Shown: in pieces, positions 62,667 to 64,000 of the stretch
How the letters are laid out: every line of letters begins with the position of its first letter
Position numbering within the stretch: the stretch's first letter is position 1
Assembly: GCA_902614235.1 (NCBI GenBank)
Contig: CACMKG010000001.1
Coordinates: forward strand, 212,401-276,400
Direction of reading: 5' to 3'
DNA from: an uncultured SAR86 cluster bacterium
GTDB lineage: Bacteria > Pseudomonadota > Gammaproteobacteria > Magnimaribacterales > AG-339-G14
Length of the DNA: 64,000 bases
Program-made: the position numbers and the translations under genes
Notes under the pieces: model-generated
Databases searched by the model: none
The model's input: only the letters and a program-made list of their open reading frames with translations
What the model was told of the DNA's origin: nothing

Positions 62667-63395
62667 ATGGCTGGACATTCTAAGTGGGCTAATATTAAGC
62701 ATCAAAAGGGAAGGCAGGATGAAAAACGACAAAAAGTCTTTTCTAAATTAATCAGAGAGATAACTGTTGCTGCAAGACTAGGTGGCCCAGATGCTGCTGA
62801 CAATCCAAGATTAAGACTAGCTTTAGATAGAGCATTTAGATCAAACATGCCTAAAGACACCATAGAAAGAGCGGTATCTAGAGGAGCTGGAGATACTGAA
62901 TCTGAAAATTTAGAAGAAGTTTTATATGAAGGTTACGGTCCTGGTGGAGTGGCTATTTTAGTAGAGACTATGACTGACAACAGAAATAGAACGGTTGCAG
63001 AAGTAAGACATGCTTTTTCTAAAGCCGGAGGAAGTCTAGGGACGGATGGATCGGTATCATATTTATTTAAAAAAATAGGACAAATCATCGCTAAAGAATC
63101 AGATGAAGATAAATTATTAGATCTTCTAATACCTTCTGGAATAGAAGATTTAGAACCTTTAGAAGACGGAAAAACATTAATAAATATGGATGTTGAAAAT
63201 TTACCCGCTGTAAAAGAGGTATTAGATTCTCAAATAATAGAAATAGAGGAAAGTGAAGTTGTAATGAATGCTTCTATAAATGTTGAATTAGACAGTGATA
63301 CTTCTGAAAAAGTAATTAAACTCTTAGAAAATTTAGACGATCTAGACGATGTACAAAATGTTCATTCAAATGCTGAATTTTCAGAAGATTTTTAA
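62667..63395 (+). CDS. yebC: YebC/PmpR (TACO1) family protein
   Basis: 242 aa. MAGHSKWANIKHQKG N-terminus. Confidence 0.94.
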   Translation: MAGHSKWANIKHQKGRQDEKRQKVFSKLIREITVAARLGGPDAADNPRLRLALDRAFRSNMPKDTIERAVSRGAGDTESENLEEVLYEGYGPGGVAILVETMTDNRNRTVAEVRHAFSKAGGSLGTDGSVSYLFKKIGQIIAKESDEDKLLDLLIPSGIEDLEPLEDGKTLINMDVENLPAVKEVLDSQIIEIEESEVVMNASINVELDSDTSEKVIKLLENLDDLDDVQNVHSNAEFSEDF

Positions 63396-63401
63396 ACAAA
63401 T

Positions 63402-63812
63402 ATGACTAATTCTAGAAATAAAGGAGCTGCATTTGAAAGAGAAATAGCAAATTCCCTCAATAAAGAATTAAATTTAACAATACCACTCAAAAGAATATTA
63501 GAACAAACAAGAGAAAAATTTCTTCCAGATTTAATTCTTGGAAATTGGTATTTAGAATGTAAACGTTATGGTCAAGGAAATGAACCTATAGAAAAATGGT
63601 GGTCGCAGGTTTTGGATTCCACAAAAGATAAAGGATTGCCCGCTTTAATTTATAAATTTAACAATAGGCCTATAAAGGTGAGGGTGCCTCTTCATACCAT
63701 AAACACTAACTTAGAAAAAAATAATAATCACACATGCGATTTATCTTGGAGTGATTTTATTTTTATTTTAAAAGCTCTTTATTGTGAAGATATAGAATCT
63801 CATCAAAAATAA
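63402..63812 (+). CDS. Hjc-like PD-(D/E)XK nuclease (putative Holliday-junction resolvase) in the ruvC position
   Basis: 136 aa. Contains KGAAFEREIANSL (E12/E14), LPDLILGN (D43), YLECK (E52-x-K54) and GLPALIYKF. These resemble the Pyrococcus Hjc segments KGAQAERELIKLL, VDLVAGN, CIEVK and GIPVLAVKF (from memory). Lies 6 nt after yebC and 3 nt before ybgC. Confidence 0.6.
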   Translation: MTNSRNKGAAFEREIANSLNKELNLTIPLKRILEQTREKFLPDLILGNWYLECKRYGQGNEPIEKWWSQVLDSTKDKGLPALIYKFNNRPIKVRVPLHTINTNLEKNNNHTCDLSWSDFIFILKALYCEDIESHQK

Positions 63813-63815
63813 TTT

Positions 63816-64000
63816 ATGCATTCAATAGAGTACAGAGTTTATTACGAAGATACAGATGCGCAAGGTGTAGTGTATTACGCAAATTATCTCAAATTTTGTG
63901 AGCGAGCTCGAACAGAATATTTAAGATTATTAGGGTATGAACAAAAAGAATTAATGGATATCGGAGTAATTTTTATTGTTAGAAAAGTAATTGTCGAATA
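63816..64000 (+). CDS. ybgC: Tol-Pal-associated acyl-CoA thioesterase YbgC, N-terminal 61 aa (runs off window)
   Basis: Not in the ORF track because it is truncated. The ATG at 63816 gives [37 protein letters not shown], the typical YbgC/4HBT N-terminus. Confidence 0.78.
   Translation, partial: MHSIEYRVYYEDTDAQGVVYYANYLKFCERARTEYLRLLGYEQKELMDIGVIFIVRKVIVE

Noticed and set aside
63402-63812. Possibility that the Hjc-like nuclease marks a prophage remnant or mobile island
   Set aside because: There is no integrase, transposase, flanking repeat or adjacent tRNA. Composition matches the surroundings, and the gene is packed 6 nt and 3 nt from core genes. I therefore treat it as a resident gene.

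Overview
This is an AT-rich (by eye, not computed), extremely gene-dense chromosomal core region. I count about 77 protein genes, one tRNA-Gln and the RNase P RNA in 64 kb. Almost every intergenic gap is under 70 nt, and many neighbouring genes overlap by 1, 4 or 8 nt. The only long stretch without protein-coding sequence (29279-29717) holds rnpB and an MraZ-box array.

Gene content is housekeeping:
- Translation: pth, rplY, prfA/prmC, gatCAB, rplM-rpsI, rpsF-rpsR-rplI, proS, aspS.
- Envelope and division: mreBCD, kdsD-lptC-lptB, mlaC, murA, the full dcw cluster, lpoA, kdsA, ftsB.
- Respiration: petABC.
- Isoprenoid synthesis: ispE, ispD, ispF.
- Histidine synthesis: hisG, hisD.
- Replication and repair: dnaB, recA.

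From my memory of gene maps, the order is colinear block by block with the Pseudomonas/E. coli-type gammaproteobacterial backbone, so this looks like a streamlined, probably marine, gammaproteobacterium. I found no CRISPR array, transposase, integrase or prophage signature.

The interesting signal is reductive and substitutive evolution at conserved synteny slots:
1. A 136-aa Hjc-like PD-(D/E)XK nuclease sits exactly where ruvC (and ruvAB) normally lie, between yebC and ybgC.
2. rpoN downstream of lptB is reduced to a 78-aa ORF that retains only the RpoN-box DNA-binding domain. It is translationally coupled to both neighbours.
3. In the dcw cluster, a POTRA-less mini-ftsQ plus ftsA-ftsZ are moved to between ftsL and ftsI.
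4. ProRS lacks the INS editing domain.
5. The DegS/AlgW-like protease lacks its PDZ domain.
6. nlpD-rpoS, mutS, recX, lptA, kdsC, mlaFEDB, hemA, sspB and yraN are missing from their usual positions.
7. The ispE stop codon lies inside tRNA-Gln.

All homology statements rest on motif recognition and remembered reference sequences. No searches were run.
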